From Pavona decussata (Eukaryota): 64,000 nucleotides of DNA. This document shows, in pieces, positions 27,701-39,575 of this stretch; position 1 is the stretch's first letter, and the number at the start of each line of letters is the position of its first letter. Position numbers and translations under genes: made by a program. The notes below the pieces were generated by a model. That model did no database searches. It worked only from the letters and a program-made list of their open reading frames with translations, and was not told the origin of the DNA. The stretch lies in the NCBI GenBank assembly GCA_977016875.1, contig CDRNST010000436.1:4898001-4962000 (forward strand), in the 5' to 3' direction.

Positions 27701-30700
27701 AATTCAGCTATCGTGAATTACAGATCACTTGTGCAGATACTTGTTGGTCAAGCGCCGGATACTATCAGAGAAGGCAAACTCTGAAATCCCGCCTTGAATT
27801 GCATATCCATGGAGGCGTTGAGGGCTTGCGTCGAAAATCGATCAGTGCATTTAAACGCGCAAAGTTTCTCCTTTTCAATCATCGGAGAACAGTTTCTGCT
27901 TGAATGAAGAGCTTCTAAGAAAAATGTGTCGTCGTTGTTGACTCGCACTGGAAGAAGCGGACACGTTGGGGAGCCGGTGACGTTTCGCAACAGTCCGCCT
28001 TCAAAGTGTGGTAAACTTTCGCAACCAAAAAAGATGTACATCAGCTCTTTGGGATATAAATTTAAAACAAAACGAATCGTTCGCTGGCAAAATTCTATGG
28101 AAGCCAACACAAGTATGCCTTCTTTGATATTTCTATGCAACCGAATCAACTCACGGAGGGGTAGAACCCGTTTCCCTAAGTTACAAATAGTGGAAAACAT
28201 CCTTAGTTGCTCAGGAGCGGGTAAAAAGTGTGCCTTACCTTAAAACAACGAGAAAATGTCCGTCACCAGATGAAAAGCGGCGAACGTAAACCTTGAGCAA
28301 GTCTGTAGAACCTTCTTCCTTGTTCGGACTTCAACCTGACGGCCTCGAAAAACATGGGTTGTTATTTTTTTTGGCTTATTGTGCCCGTCTTTTGTAATTC
28401 AAGTTAAACAATAAAAACTGGATCTCTCATCATATTTATGACTTTGATTGACGTGTGGGGTTTTCTTGTAAAAAGCTCTTGGAAGTTCCCCACCTTTGAC
28501 GGCACCGCATACAATAGGTAGCTAATTCTGCTTTCAAGGCTGCATACCACACTTGAACTTCAAATATCCATGGCTATGTTGACCGAGCAAGACCTTGAAC
28601 TGTGAGCATGCAATTTTTATTTTTATTTTTAGTTTGCTAATGCGCAAGGCTCTACCAGCTCTCGCGGGACATACGCTATTTTCGCGTTCGTTTCATTGTT
28701 TTTTAACATGTGCAAGTTCCGTTGAGCGAAAGCAAATTGTTTAAAATGTCAAAAATTCAACGATTATGTGTGTGGTGCTGGCGCCTTTGTGCATCTTTCA
28801 TTCAATGCCATGATCACCTCATTTCTAAAAAAAGTGACTTTTTAAAACGCGTTCAACTGACGCACAGTATGATAATGTCAACGATTATATTTTCAACTAA
28901 CTCAAATTTTTTTTCTGTCTCAGTGGCTTTTCCAATTTGTGCTCTTAAAAAATTAATTCGGTTAAATTACGTTAAGTCCCCCTTGCATGTGAAATTCATT
29001 TCTACCCTGGCTCCTAAAGTTTATTTTCACGGCGTATTGTCTCCTGCGCATGTGTTAAATGCTTCTCTCCCCGAGGCAAGAGACATTCAATGCTTTCTTT
29101 TAACATGTGCTGGTAACATAAAGGTTTTCAATAAAACAATTGGCGTTAAGGTCCGTCCAAAAGAAATGAAAACCTTTTTTGGAATTTATATAGAGTTTTA
29201 ACAATTGGATCAGGAGTCAAGCCCAGTTACGGTGCTGCTAAACACGTAAAAATCGCTCCCTTTTAGTTACTCTTCAAAAGCGCGCCAGAAAATTGCGCGG
29301 TAATTTTCACGTTTTTAGCAGCTTTTTCCCTATAGGCTCCTCAACGTATCCACGTAGCTGTTGTTCCTTAGCAAGAAACCATGGATATAAAAACACCCCT
29401 CGAAAAATTCTTATTCATAAATTCAATGCCGTACTAAACCGAGAATGAACAACATAAAATTCGCAATGGGAAATTTTATTCCGTGAACGTCTAAAGCTTA
29501 AAACATGGCACATTTTCATTTACTTCTGGAAGTAATGCCTAAAAAACAAACCGCATGGTGTGTGCTATATAATTATTTTTATGCTTCAAACTTTAATTGA
29601 TCTTGCACCAAGCGAAAGATCAAAAGTCATTCCCTTGACGCTACAAGCAGCAGGTTGTCGCTTCACAATCCTTGAACAAGTACACTTCTTCGATATTTCG
29701 ATATTTTGACTTAAGTTTAGTGAATATTAACAGTTTCGGAATCAAGTTGTATCTTAGCAAAACACGTGCGGACACGATAAGACCATTGTGAATAAGTTTT
29801 CACAAATCTTCTCTACACACAGCCCTGTTTGTAATCAGGCTCTAATCACGGTATCCTCCCGCAAGCTTTTGCAAACTTTCATTTAAGGTTATACGAAAAG
29901 GAATTTTCATCAGTAAAAATAACTTTGAAAGTCGGCTTAAACTTTGCTAATTTGTCCCTCTTTGTGTCAAAGGAATCTTTGAGTTTACTCTTGTGTATTC
30001 CTAACAATGAGTATGATCTCATTAACATGGCGGGTTCTTCTCACTCACTAATAACGCTTTCTTGGTAATCGTATTTGCACGTCGCTAACTTTTTGGCTCT
30101 GTTTTAAAGCCGCCAAACCAACAATCAGGAATGTTTACAAAGTTCTTTTAGCGCTGACCAAAAAAATCACTTTTTTGTCAACAGTGCGGCATTCGTTGTA
30201 ATTAAAACATTGTTACATTATTCAAAGCGTCTTGTCACTTGGAAAGATTGAATTCATTGTGTGTGTTTTTCAATGCGTGCTTGTTGCCATGTAGCTTCTG
30301 CTTCGTTTTGTGTGATTCTATAACCTATGCTATCGCGGTGATCACTCAATCTATTGAATAGCAGGGATTCACTTAGAAACTATAAACTGCTGAAAATCAT
30401 TAATTTGTTTACAGTCCCTGAATCAATGGACAAGTTGAAAGGAAAAACAAATATTGCCTTGAAAAACGGCGGATGTTTACTTATAAATAAAGTTATACAG
30501 TCGAACTGTCGAAATAAACAGCTCTTTAAAATGGAAAAACTGTGATATAAGGGTTTCACACGCGGTTAAGTGAAATTCCACGATTAAACACTATTGTTTC
30601 TATTCCAAGGAATAAAGCAATTTCTATCAAGAGTAAACACAAGAAGCGCATATTGCGCTTTAATATGTAATTAGCTCTTGTAAAGTGTAAAAGATTAAAC

Positions 30701-32087
30701 TTAAAGGAGAAGGTTACTATAGGAATCACGTATTTTTTTAATAAAAAAACGGTGATCATTGCTGGCGTTAAATTTCTGATGTACATTTAGAAAACAGTTC
30801 TGAGTAGTCGGTACTTTATTAAAAACTTGCTTCTATTTATTTATTTGATGGAACTAAATAACTCTTGCGAAATACAGAACAAACCCTTCTGGCTTAATGG
30901 CGTCAAATCTCGCTACAAGTATTTTGATTCTACTGAGTTAAGTTTGGGATAAAATCCTAAAATGTGACCATTCAAATACAAGCTAGTTGGTTTTCCCTCT
31001 TTCCCCAGCCATGAGTATCAATTTTGAAACTCAGATGGTCAAATTTGGCTGTCTTCAGAGCCAAAAGGCTAACCTCGTGGAATTTTTTAAAACTTGTTTT
31101 CGCGTCTGTGTGATGGATTAAACTTGAGACCGCGAATTAGCAGTTACAAAAAGGGAAGAAACGGTTTTGTAATTAAGTGATTTCCTTTGAGCTTGTTTAG
31201 TTTAAGCACAAATGCTTCGACATGTTAGTGTTTAAGAATTAATAGGTGTATAAGAATCCAACATATGAAACTGACAAAAACTTCTAAATTTCCCCCTCTG
31301 AACATTTGGGAAATATGACAAATTAATTCGAGCAATAAAGAAACTCTTTTGTTCTCTACCAAATGCAAATTGTCAAGGACAGACTGCGAAAGTAAGTGAC
31401 CGTAACTACAGAATACACACAAAAAATCAATCAAGTTAATCAATCAATTAAGTCAAATCGATCAAGTTTTTGATAATCTCCGTAACAGAGCAAAATGTTC
31501 TTCAAGCAAAATTATACCAGTGTGGTTGACAAATTCAAAACTATCCCTGTGCTATTATCACAAGTGGCATGCTGAGAAGTTATTTAGAAATGCGTTCACA
31601 CGTTTGGTAAACTAAACATGCTGTTTTTAATCTGTCTGTGGCTAGCCTTTTCGCACTGGTTACTTGAACGTTTATGTATCAATGAATAAGTAATTAATTG
31701 TCCAACGTCCTTTATTCTTCAATTCTTCAACTTCTGAGATAATTTTCGAGGGATTATTTCGGAATCATTTGCATATGTTAAGTTGGGTATTGTTTAGCAA
31801 CGGGAAGGATTTGTCTCCAGAAGAATTTTAGACCAAATATTTTTCTTTAATCCAGCAAATGGCTCTTCTGTGTGATCTGCTGAAAAATGCGCGAAGTTGG
31901 TCAAAGAGCAGACACTACGTTGGACGTTCGACAAAATTAAAATGCAACCTCATCATCTAGTTTTGACACACCAAACGTTCAGTTACGGAAAAAACCGCAA
32001 CCACATAGCTTTCACAATTGAATCATCCACTTGAGAGAGCGCGGTTAGTCCACCTACTGTTGCATTGTTCAGTTTAGTCACTTCTGT

Positions 32088-32390
32088 CAAGAGACTATGA
32101 GATAAGAGAGCTAGCCTGCGAGCAAGCTCTCTTGTGGGAGAGAGCTTGCTCGCAGGCTATAAGAGAGCGAATCCCTGCTCCCCATGATAATTATTTTCAA
32201 TCTTTTTTAGTTCGCGCCATGCTATTTTGGGAAATTATAATCCGCCATTGAGTCTAAAATTAAATGACGTCAACTGACCAATAAGATGTCGACATTAAAA
32301 TAGCAACGCAAACAAAAATAGATTTAAAAAAATTTTCATAGGAAGAGGGGCATGTATGGGGGATTCGCTCTCTTACCTCATAGTCTCTTG
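32088..32390. mobile_element. Non-autonomous TIR element with a 7-bp TSD (P-element-like)
   Basis: CTTCTGT|CAAGAGACTATGAG...CTCATAGTCTCTTG|CTTCTGT. Confidence 0.85.
32112..32159. mobile_element. 48-bp micro-MITE with a 9-bp TSD, nested in the left TIR of the previous element
   Basis: TAAGAGAGC|TAGCCTGCGAGCAAGCTCTC-TTGTGGGA-GAGAGCTTGCTCGCAGGCTA|TAAGAGAGC. Confidence 0.9.
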
Positions 32391-33289
32391 CTTCTGTGTA
32401 ACTGAATAGTTGGCGTTATATAACAGGACTATATGGCGAGGGTAACTGGTCCAAAATTCCCCTATGGGTCACGCGTGGAAAATTTCCTGTTGCTTGAAAT
32501 TATGGTACAATTTTGACAAAATCATAAAGCAGGGAAAAGTAAAAAGTGAAATATTTATACACGTGTTGAGTCGGTTATATTAAAAATACCAGGTGCGCGG
32601 AAAAGGTAGCACGAGATTTGTTCAATATATTAACATCTAAAAGGCGGCCAAATAGACAAAAGGCTCGTAATGTTCCTTAAGAAGTGTTAATATAAAACAA
32701 ATGGACTTATTTTCGTCATCACACTCCCCGTACAGTAGTCGGTAGGGATTCATTCAGTCAGTGGCTAAACAGTTTTTAAGTGGTTCAGCTCCAAACCAAT
32801 GATATGCGGAGAGGAAGCGTAAAACCAAACGCTAAACAAATAAATTGCAATCTCATTTTTCTGTTTCTATTTTAAAACAATCCCTCTCGTGCGAGTTCAT
32901 CGTGCTCGTGGTATTTTCCTGTCAACTCGGAGGATTGAAGGATAGATAGATACTTTATTATAAACACCATTGCAGCCATAAGCTGAATTACGGGATATTT
33001 ACAAATTCAAATAATAACAAAGAGAAAATAAGAAAATTATCTACATCTTATAGGCATGGCTAAAAATATAATAACAAAGAGGAAATGAGAAAATATCTAC
33101 ATCTTATAGACATGGCTAAAAATAAAACTGTTCTTCAAACGCTCGGTCTTACATAGGGGGAGAGTGAAATCACCAGGATTTCAACACTTCTTCTCTGATT
33201 TTTCCGGACGTGTTCATCCCTTAACCCGCGACTTGAAATGGCCATTTCCCGTAGTATCTCGGCCTTGCGTTTGAGCCCTCTCCCCACCA

Positions 33290-33980
33290 TGGGTTTATTA
33301 TCCCGTATCCCTCTCCTAAAGTTCACACCATCCCGCCTAAAATAGAGAGCGCGTCCCGTTTCCCGCAAAGGTATTGTTATCCCTTACCCTTCTCCTAAAA
33401 TTCACACTGGCCCACATCCCGCCTAAAAACAGAGAGGGCAACCCGGTTCTCGCAAAGGTATTGTTAACCCATATCTTTCACGGCCAAAATCACACCATCC
33501 CGCATTCCGGCAAAAATAAAGAGAGCGCGTCTCGGTTCCCGCAAAGGTATTGTTATCCCTTACCCTTCTCCTAAAATTCACACTGGCCCGCATTCCGCCT
33601 AAAAAAAGACAAGGCAACAAGGTTCTCGCAAAGGTATTGTTAACCCATATCTCCCACGGCCAAAATCACACCATCCCGCATTCCGGCTAAAATAGAGAGC
33701 GCGTCTCGGTTCCCGCAAAGGTATTGTTATCCCCTACCCTTTTCCTAAAATTCACACTGGCCCGCATCCCGCCTAAAAAAAGAGAGGGCACCAAGGTTCT
33801 CGCAAAGGTATTGTTAACCCATATATCTCTCTCCAAAATCACACTATCCCGCGTCCCGCCTAAAATAGAAAGCGCCTCGCGGTTCCCGCAAAGGTATTGT
33901 TATCCCCTATCCTTCTCCTAAAATTCACACTGGCCCGCATCCTACTTTGTTGTTGTTATTTTTTCCCGTATCCCGCTTTT
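33290..33980. repeat. Tandem repeat with ~87-bp monomers arranged as an A/B dimer (~175 bp)
   Basis: GCAAAGGTATTGTT at 33365, 33452, 33541, 33628, 33715, 33802 and 33888, with alternating downstream sequence. Confidence 0.92.
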
Positions 33981-35325
33981 AAAGTCCATAGTATCCTGTT
34001 TCCCTCCTTGGTTTTAATCAGGGCGCAGAATAACGCGCACACGAGTGTAAGCACAAGAGAGTCATTTTTTCACAGCGTAAACAGGCTCAACACAATCAAT
34101 TCGAAACCGTATGTCTCGACACAAAAATTGCCCAGTGGTGTGAAAAAAGTCAGGCTGCTGTTTTTGAATGCGTTTTCCACCATCGCCACCTACTTTCAAA
34201 ATAGCCCATACAATCCTGATCAAAAAGGCTAAGATTTTTCTCCCAGCTAGCCCAGAGTATATGTGGCTCTTGATATTTCGCCATTTTTAGAAGGATTTTC
34301 TTTGGGCATTTATTTGTTACAAGTGCGTTTGTGTTTGTGCTCCTCTTGAAAACCAGACTTAACTTTCATTTGGGAGAGCGTACTGGCTCGAAACTGAAAA
34401 AAAACCCAAAGATTGCTTTGAGACAGATAGAAAAAGAAACAGAAACACAAGAAAGAACTACTCAGTAGCTTCTGTGTAAATAGTCATACTTTATTTTTCA
34501 GTTGCTTATGTACACTTTCATGCAAAATAAATTAATAAATTACACAAATAACAAACTTACAAGCTAGAACCGCCTTACAACAAGATAAACTGCTCTGCAG
34601 CATAATAACATTTTTCATCTGAATGATTTAAAAAATTTCATCGAGGCATGGTTAGTATGATCTAGGTGAACTAAGCCCAGCTTAATTGTGTTTAAAATAA
34701 ATACAATAAGTTCTCCTGGAACACGCGTCTTACTAGTGAATCATTTCAATATACAACAATGGATACGTATTGTTCCTGACGTATACATTCCTTTAATCTA
34801 ACCATTCAAACAATTATTTCTTGCTCTTGTAAGTTAAGTTTTTCGTTCTCTTTTTGGTAAACTCAGTCATTTTCCCTTGAAGTTGAGTTAATTTCAAATA
34901 CGGTATCTTACAATAACTTACACAAGCCTTAATTTCCTATACAATTAAACTTATTATTCAGCACATTGTAACACTGTCCAAATATGGTCAAAGATGTCCT
35001 GCGATAAACGTAATTTCGTTATCGAAAAATGGCAGAGTGCTTCAAACAAGCTACGACCTCGGAAGATCGTCTCCAGCTTCTTTCAATAAAACTGTGCTTT
35101 GTTATCAATGTGTTAAATAATAAAACAATTATCCTGCTCAATCTTGTGGAATATCCTCTGATTTTTGCCAACTCGGCCTACAGCCTCGTCGACTAAGAAT
35201 CAGGCGATATTCCGCGCAATTTCGCAAGGAAATTGTTAAATTTATGTCTGGCTTTTTTACTTCGTCCAAGACAGACACCCTTTACTGAGGAATGACCTAC
35301 TGAAATGCAGATTACTGTATTCAGT

Positions 35326-37686
35326 CTACATAAGAACACATTTGTCAACTTTCTTCGTCGTTACTGTTACTGCGTCTGGCAACTGCAAGCAGTAAAAAAG
35401 CTCTCCTAAAATCGAACGATTTCGACGGAGAAGAGTTGCTTTTCTGTTAGCGCTCATCTGTAGTGAGTCCAGGTAGCTCTTAACAGCAATCAGTTGACGA
35501 ATTTCTTTCGCTCTTTCTTCAGTGCATCCCTGTTCGTCGTCGTCGAAAAGCCAACATTTTACCTTTGGTATTTTGTCATTTCTAGGAGAAAATGTGATAT
35601 GTTACAATCTATTAACAGCTAGTCTTATATCCTATATTCGTTTGGCGGTTTTCCGCCAGTGTACGTGTGAAATATTTCTCAACCGGGCTGCTAGCTGTCC
35701 CATTGTTCCCCTGTTACAAGAGGTGCTTACCATTTACGCAAACCACCCGGATGGAAATTTTCGGCATAAATACAAAATGATTTAGCTTGTCTTAACAGAA
35801 GATGGATAACATGCAAAATGTATGAACATCAGCTGTAAATCCCACAAGGAGTAATAAAAATGCATCACTTTGACCAGAATTTCAGAATGATGCGTACCCT
35901 TTGATTTTCCAACTGGAATTTCCGGGTTTTCCACCCAAGTTTACCCGGGGGAAGAACCTCATACAGAAACGTTTGTCTGAATTTTAAAAGAAACATGCTA
36001 GAGAGAGTGCTTGAGTACAGTTCTTACCTGTGAGGAAATGCCTGATGTGCCTCTTGGCTTTCTCTCCCCAACTGTTTGGAGCAAAGCAAACAGAAAAACT
36101 TCCCACAGGTGCCACACCTCATTGCGTTGCAGTCCCCAGGTTCTTTAACAGCGAGAACCGCCGCTCGGTTAGATGCCCTGCATTGGTTGTTGGGACACCT
36201 CACGGCGATGGCTTGAGTGAGTACTTCAAGTAACTGGAGGTTAGCGTCGGTGTCGCTGACACTTTTTTCAGGGGGGCAGATGTGGTCTGAGTAGCCTTGA
36301 GAGCTCAAGGGGAGTTTACAAGTGAGGCAGTAGTCCTTACGACATCTGGGGCAAGGAATGAAGAGTTGTTCAAAATCCGTTTCCTCCAACTCAGCTACGA
36401 AGAAGTAGGGACATCTGGGGCATTGAATGCGTGAGCCTCTCCAAACTGCATCGTTTACCGCAAGATTGTTCAGTTCTTCGGTAACGGGGACTCGTTTTGT
36501 TTGAGACAAAACGTCTTTCAAGATAGTGAATTCGATTTGTGATCCACAGTGATCGGATAAAGGACAGCTCAGGCCAGTTGGCTGCCCAGCCACTGTACGT
36601 TCAGCTGTTGTGCGTGACTTAAACCAGTTTACCACGCATTCATGGCAGAAGATGTGTAGGTCACTGAGGCATCTGATTATCTGAACAAAAATAAGACAAA
36701 ACAAAGAATACTATGAGCATCATTGGGCAATTTTTTCAAGTTCCATCTAAATATTTGCTAAAACCTGATTATAGTTTATTATTCCACGGAGAAATCATTT
36801 CATATTTTTATCCTGGTGCTGTAAGAGCAATTTAATGTTAGAAAAGAGGTTCTTAGTCAAACATTGGAGCAGTTTTAACCAACATACAGCAAAATCTCCG
36901 CGACAGTGCCTCTTTAAGTTTCGTACGGTGGTCTTTCATACATTGAAATCCATAATCCGCGGCAGTCATTCACTTATATGATGGATAGATATTTTATAAT
37001 ATTTCACATTCATTTTTTTTTTGTTTTGCTTCCTCGGTGGGTTTATTACGAATTCACAAAATGACCAGTGCTTGACAGCTCAATAGGTAAAGCACTGCAC
37101 CGTTATCGTAGAGGTCATGGGTTCAAATCCCGTACGAATTTGGGTTCTTTCCGGGTTTATTTCCCCAGCTGTTTAAGTTGCGAACGTAACTGCCTTGTTC
37201 TTTCGTTTATGAAAATCTTTCATCTGCACTTCACATATAAATAATATATTTCACATTCGTGAAATCTAATGTTACTTAGACTTATGCAATTATACAAAAC
37301 ATTGCATTAAAAACAGTTGAGATCAGAATATGACTCCGTCGTGCCGTAGTTTAACTACCTATTTACTTTGGTGAAATACAAACTCTCGCGATCGGTTGTA
37401 TGATGAATTCTTAAAAGCAATACCTCGGCTTCGTAATTTCATAAAATTATGCAAATTGTTGTAAATGAAATCTATAGTGTAGGGGGGCAATCTACCAGCT
37501 TGAAACATGGATGACTAGCTGAAAAAGGGATGGCTAGATTCAATAGTAAAATAATCAGTGTGTCCACCAAATACGAACTTAAGCTACATCCTTACTGATC
37601 AAATCAAAATAACCACAAACATTATTTCTTACCAATGAATTTGTCGTACCGCAACTGGCACATTCTGCAGGTTGACGAGTCGCCAT
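35326..37686 (-). CDS. RBR (RING1-IBR-RING2) E3 ubiquitin ligase-like protein, ~320 aa, with C-terminal CaaX (CVLM); exons 37633-37686, 36028-36680, 35326-35581
   Basis: RING1 CASC...C-LSDL-HIFCHEC...CPLSDHC spans exons 1-2. IBR CPRC...CPRC-RKDY-CLTC...HIC. RING2 CPNNQC...KEPGDCNAMRCGTCGKFFCLLC...AH...CWLF. GT-AG introns in phases 0 and 2. Ends TTKKVDKCVLM-stop. Confidence 0.85.
37065..37200 (+). mobile_element. tRNA-derived SINE remnant in RBR-gene intron 1
   Basis: AGCTCAATAGGTAAAGCA (A-box-like) and GGTTCAAATCCC (B-box), without a proper acceptor stem. Confidence 0.65.
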
Positions 37687-38169
37687 TAAACTTGTTGTAG
37701 GTGGAGCGATAAAATTGCTTTTCAACTGTTTTGTTGTTCCTGTTTGTGTTGCAAGTGAATATTGGCTTCGCTCAGGTGTGCTCCCAGTTTTATTAAAACA
37801 AAGTGCGTTTATTTTAGGATCCATCGTTGTCATTCGCAAAAATAAATCATACCATAATTGGGTTTAGTTTCAGAACAGAAAGGGTTATACATCACGTTAA
37901 TTAGAAAATGAAATTTTCAATGCCAATGCTTACGTAAATCGATTGTAAACTTGTTTTGATAGAGTCGTTGCTCTGGAGACATGTTATTCAGCCTACCTAA
38001 ATAAAGATATTCATGTTTTGTAGCCCCCATTATTTTTGGTGACTTTGTAACGTTTCTGACGCAGATGAAAAAGGCTGACGAAGCTGGTTTTTCGCGTTCA
38101 CCCCTAGTGGCCAAAGAGGCGATTAGTTTGTTGAAATGTGATTTCCTAATCAACTTGAGTGATAGAAAT

Positions 38170-39575
38170 TTAAATTAAGAGGAATAAATTTGATAACAAA
38201 CAAGCTAGATATAAGGTATTTCTCTTTTCATAAACCTTAAAATATCGTTGCGTGACTTGATCTTGTTCCCAGACCTCTCTCTTTTTCTTCGAACGAGGTT
38301 GGATTTAGATGTTAATTTGCGTCAGTGAATGTTGTTTTGAACCAGGAATAGCTACTATTTGCAACCATTGCGTCTTTTCTGTTGTATTTTTATCAAGTAG
38401 TTTTCTAGTTTTATGATATCAACAACGACGTAATCAAAATCGCGCTATTTTGATCAAAAATTTAGGAAAGTCTTCCTATATTCCTGATTCATGGACTATA
38501 TACAACCTCACAAATGGAAACCCCGTTATTATGTGGACGTACGAAAATAGTTACAGAAATTTATAAACTTGTTTTCGCCCAAACCTTGTTCCCCCGAAGC
38601 TTATCTCGTTCAGCAGAAGTTTTACCTGAAACTAAATTAAGAGCACCTGTGTTTATTGCTGACCTTTGCAGCATTTCTAACTCGCAGTAAAAAACTGACG
38701 AGCCATTTTCTAGAAGGATTAAATTGTCAAAAATGATTTACTTACAAACTTTCATCGTCAAAAATTAAATTAAGTAGAACAAATTTAATAACAGACAAGA
38801 TATTTATCTTTCAAAACCATCAAATCTCGCGGCGCTAGCTATAAGGCTATAAGGTATAATCATGTTCCAAACGTTGCTCAAGATTTTTCCCCGAACGAGG
38901 TAGGATTTGCGTCAACAAGCTGGAATAGCTTTGTATGCTATTTGCAGTCATCACATATTTTTTGTTTATCAACGGTGATTTTCTACTTGTATGATGTAAA
39001 CCTGAGCGACGTAATCAAAAATCGCGTTGTTTTGATCTATTCAGTTTTCAAGTTCAAGGCAAGTCCCCACATATTGATTCATAGACTATTTACAACCAAG
39101 AATTTCAGGAAAGCGGACTGCACGCTAATGACGTTATTCAGTACGTAACAGCTTTTTTTTTTTTTTTTTTTACAAACTTTCATCATCAAAAATTAAATTA
39201 AGTAGAACAAATTTGATAACAAACAAGATATTTCTCTTTCAAAACCATCAAATCTCGCGGCGCCGCTATAAGGCTGTAAGGTATAATCATGTTTCAAACC
39301 TTGCTCAAGATTTTCCCCCGAACGAGGTAGGATTTGCGTCAACAAATGTAGCTGGAATAGCTTTGTACGCATCTTCAATCATCATATTTTTTTTTGTTTA
39401 TCAACGGTGACTTCTACTCGTATGATGTAAACAACGGCGTAATCAAAAATCGCGCTGTTTTGATCTATTTTCTCAAGGTCAAGGCAAGTCCCCATATATT
39501 GATTCATAGACTATATACAACCAAGAATTTTCGGAAAGCGGACTGCACGCTATTCAGTACGTCAATAGCTTTCTT
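38170..39575. repeat. Three tandem copies of a ~400-bp segment (about 38170-38510 diverged, 38742-39150, 39170-39575)
   Basis: Shared blocks AAATTAAATTAAGTAGAACAAATTT, CGAACGAGGTAGGATTT, GTAATCAAAAATCGCG and GATTCATAGACTAT. Confidence 0.85.

Noticed and set aside
27748-29201. ORFs of 105-163 aa upstream of RFX
   Set aside because: No recognisable domains, overlapping on opposite strands, and no in-frame splice link to RFX was found.
30283-30296. X-box (RFX autoregulation) at GTTGCCATGTAGC
   Set aside because: Only one good half-site; expected by chance in 64 kb.
33290-33980. CRISPR-like regular repeat
   Set aside because: The apparent spacers are homologous to each other, there are no cas genes, and the context is eukaryotic.
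37065-37140. Possible tRNA gene
   Set aside because: A and B boxes are present, but there is no intact cloverleaf or acceptor stem; it is a SINE head.
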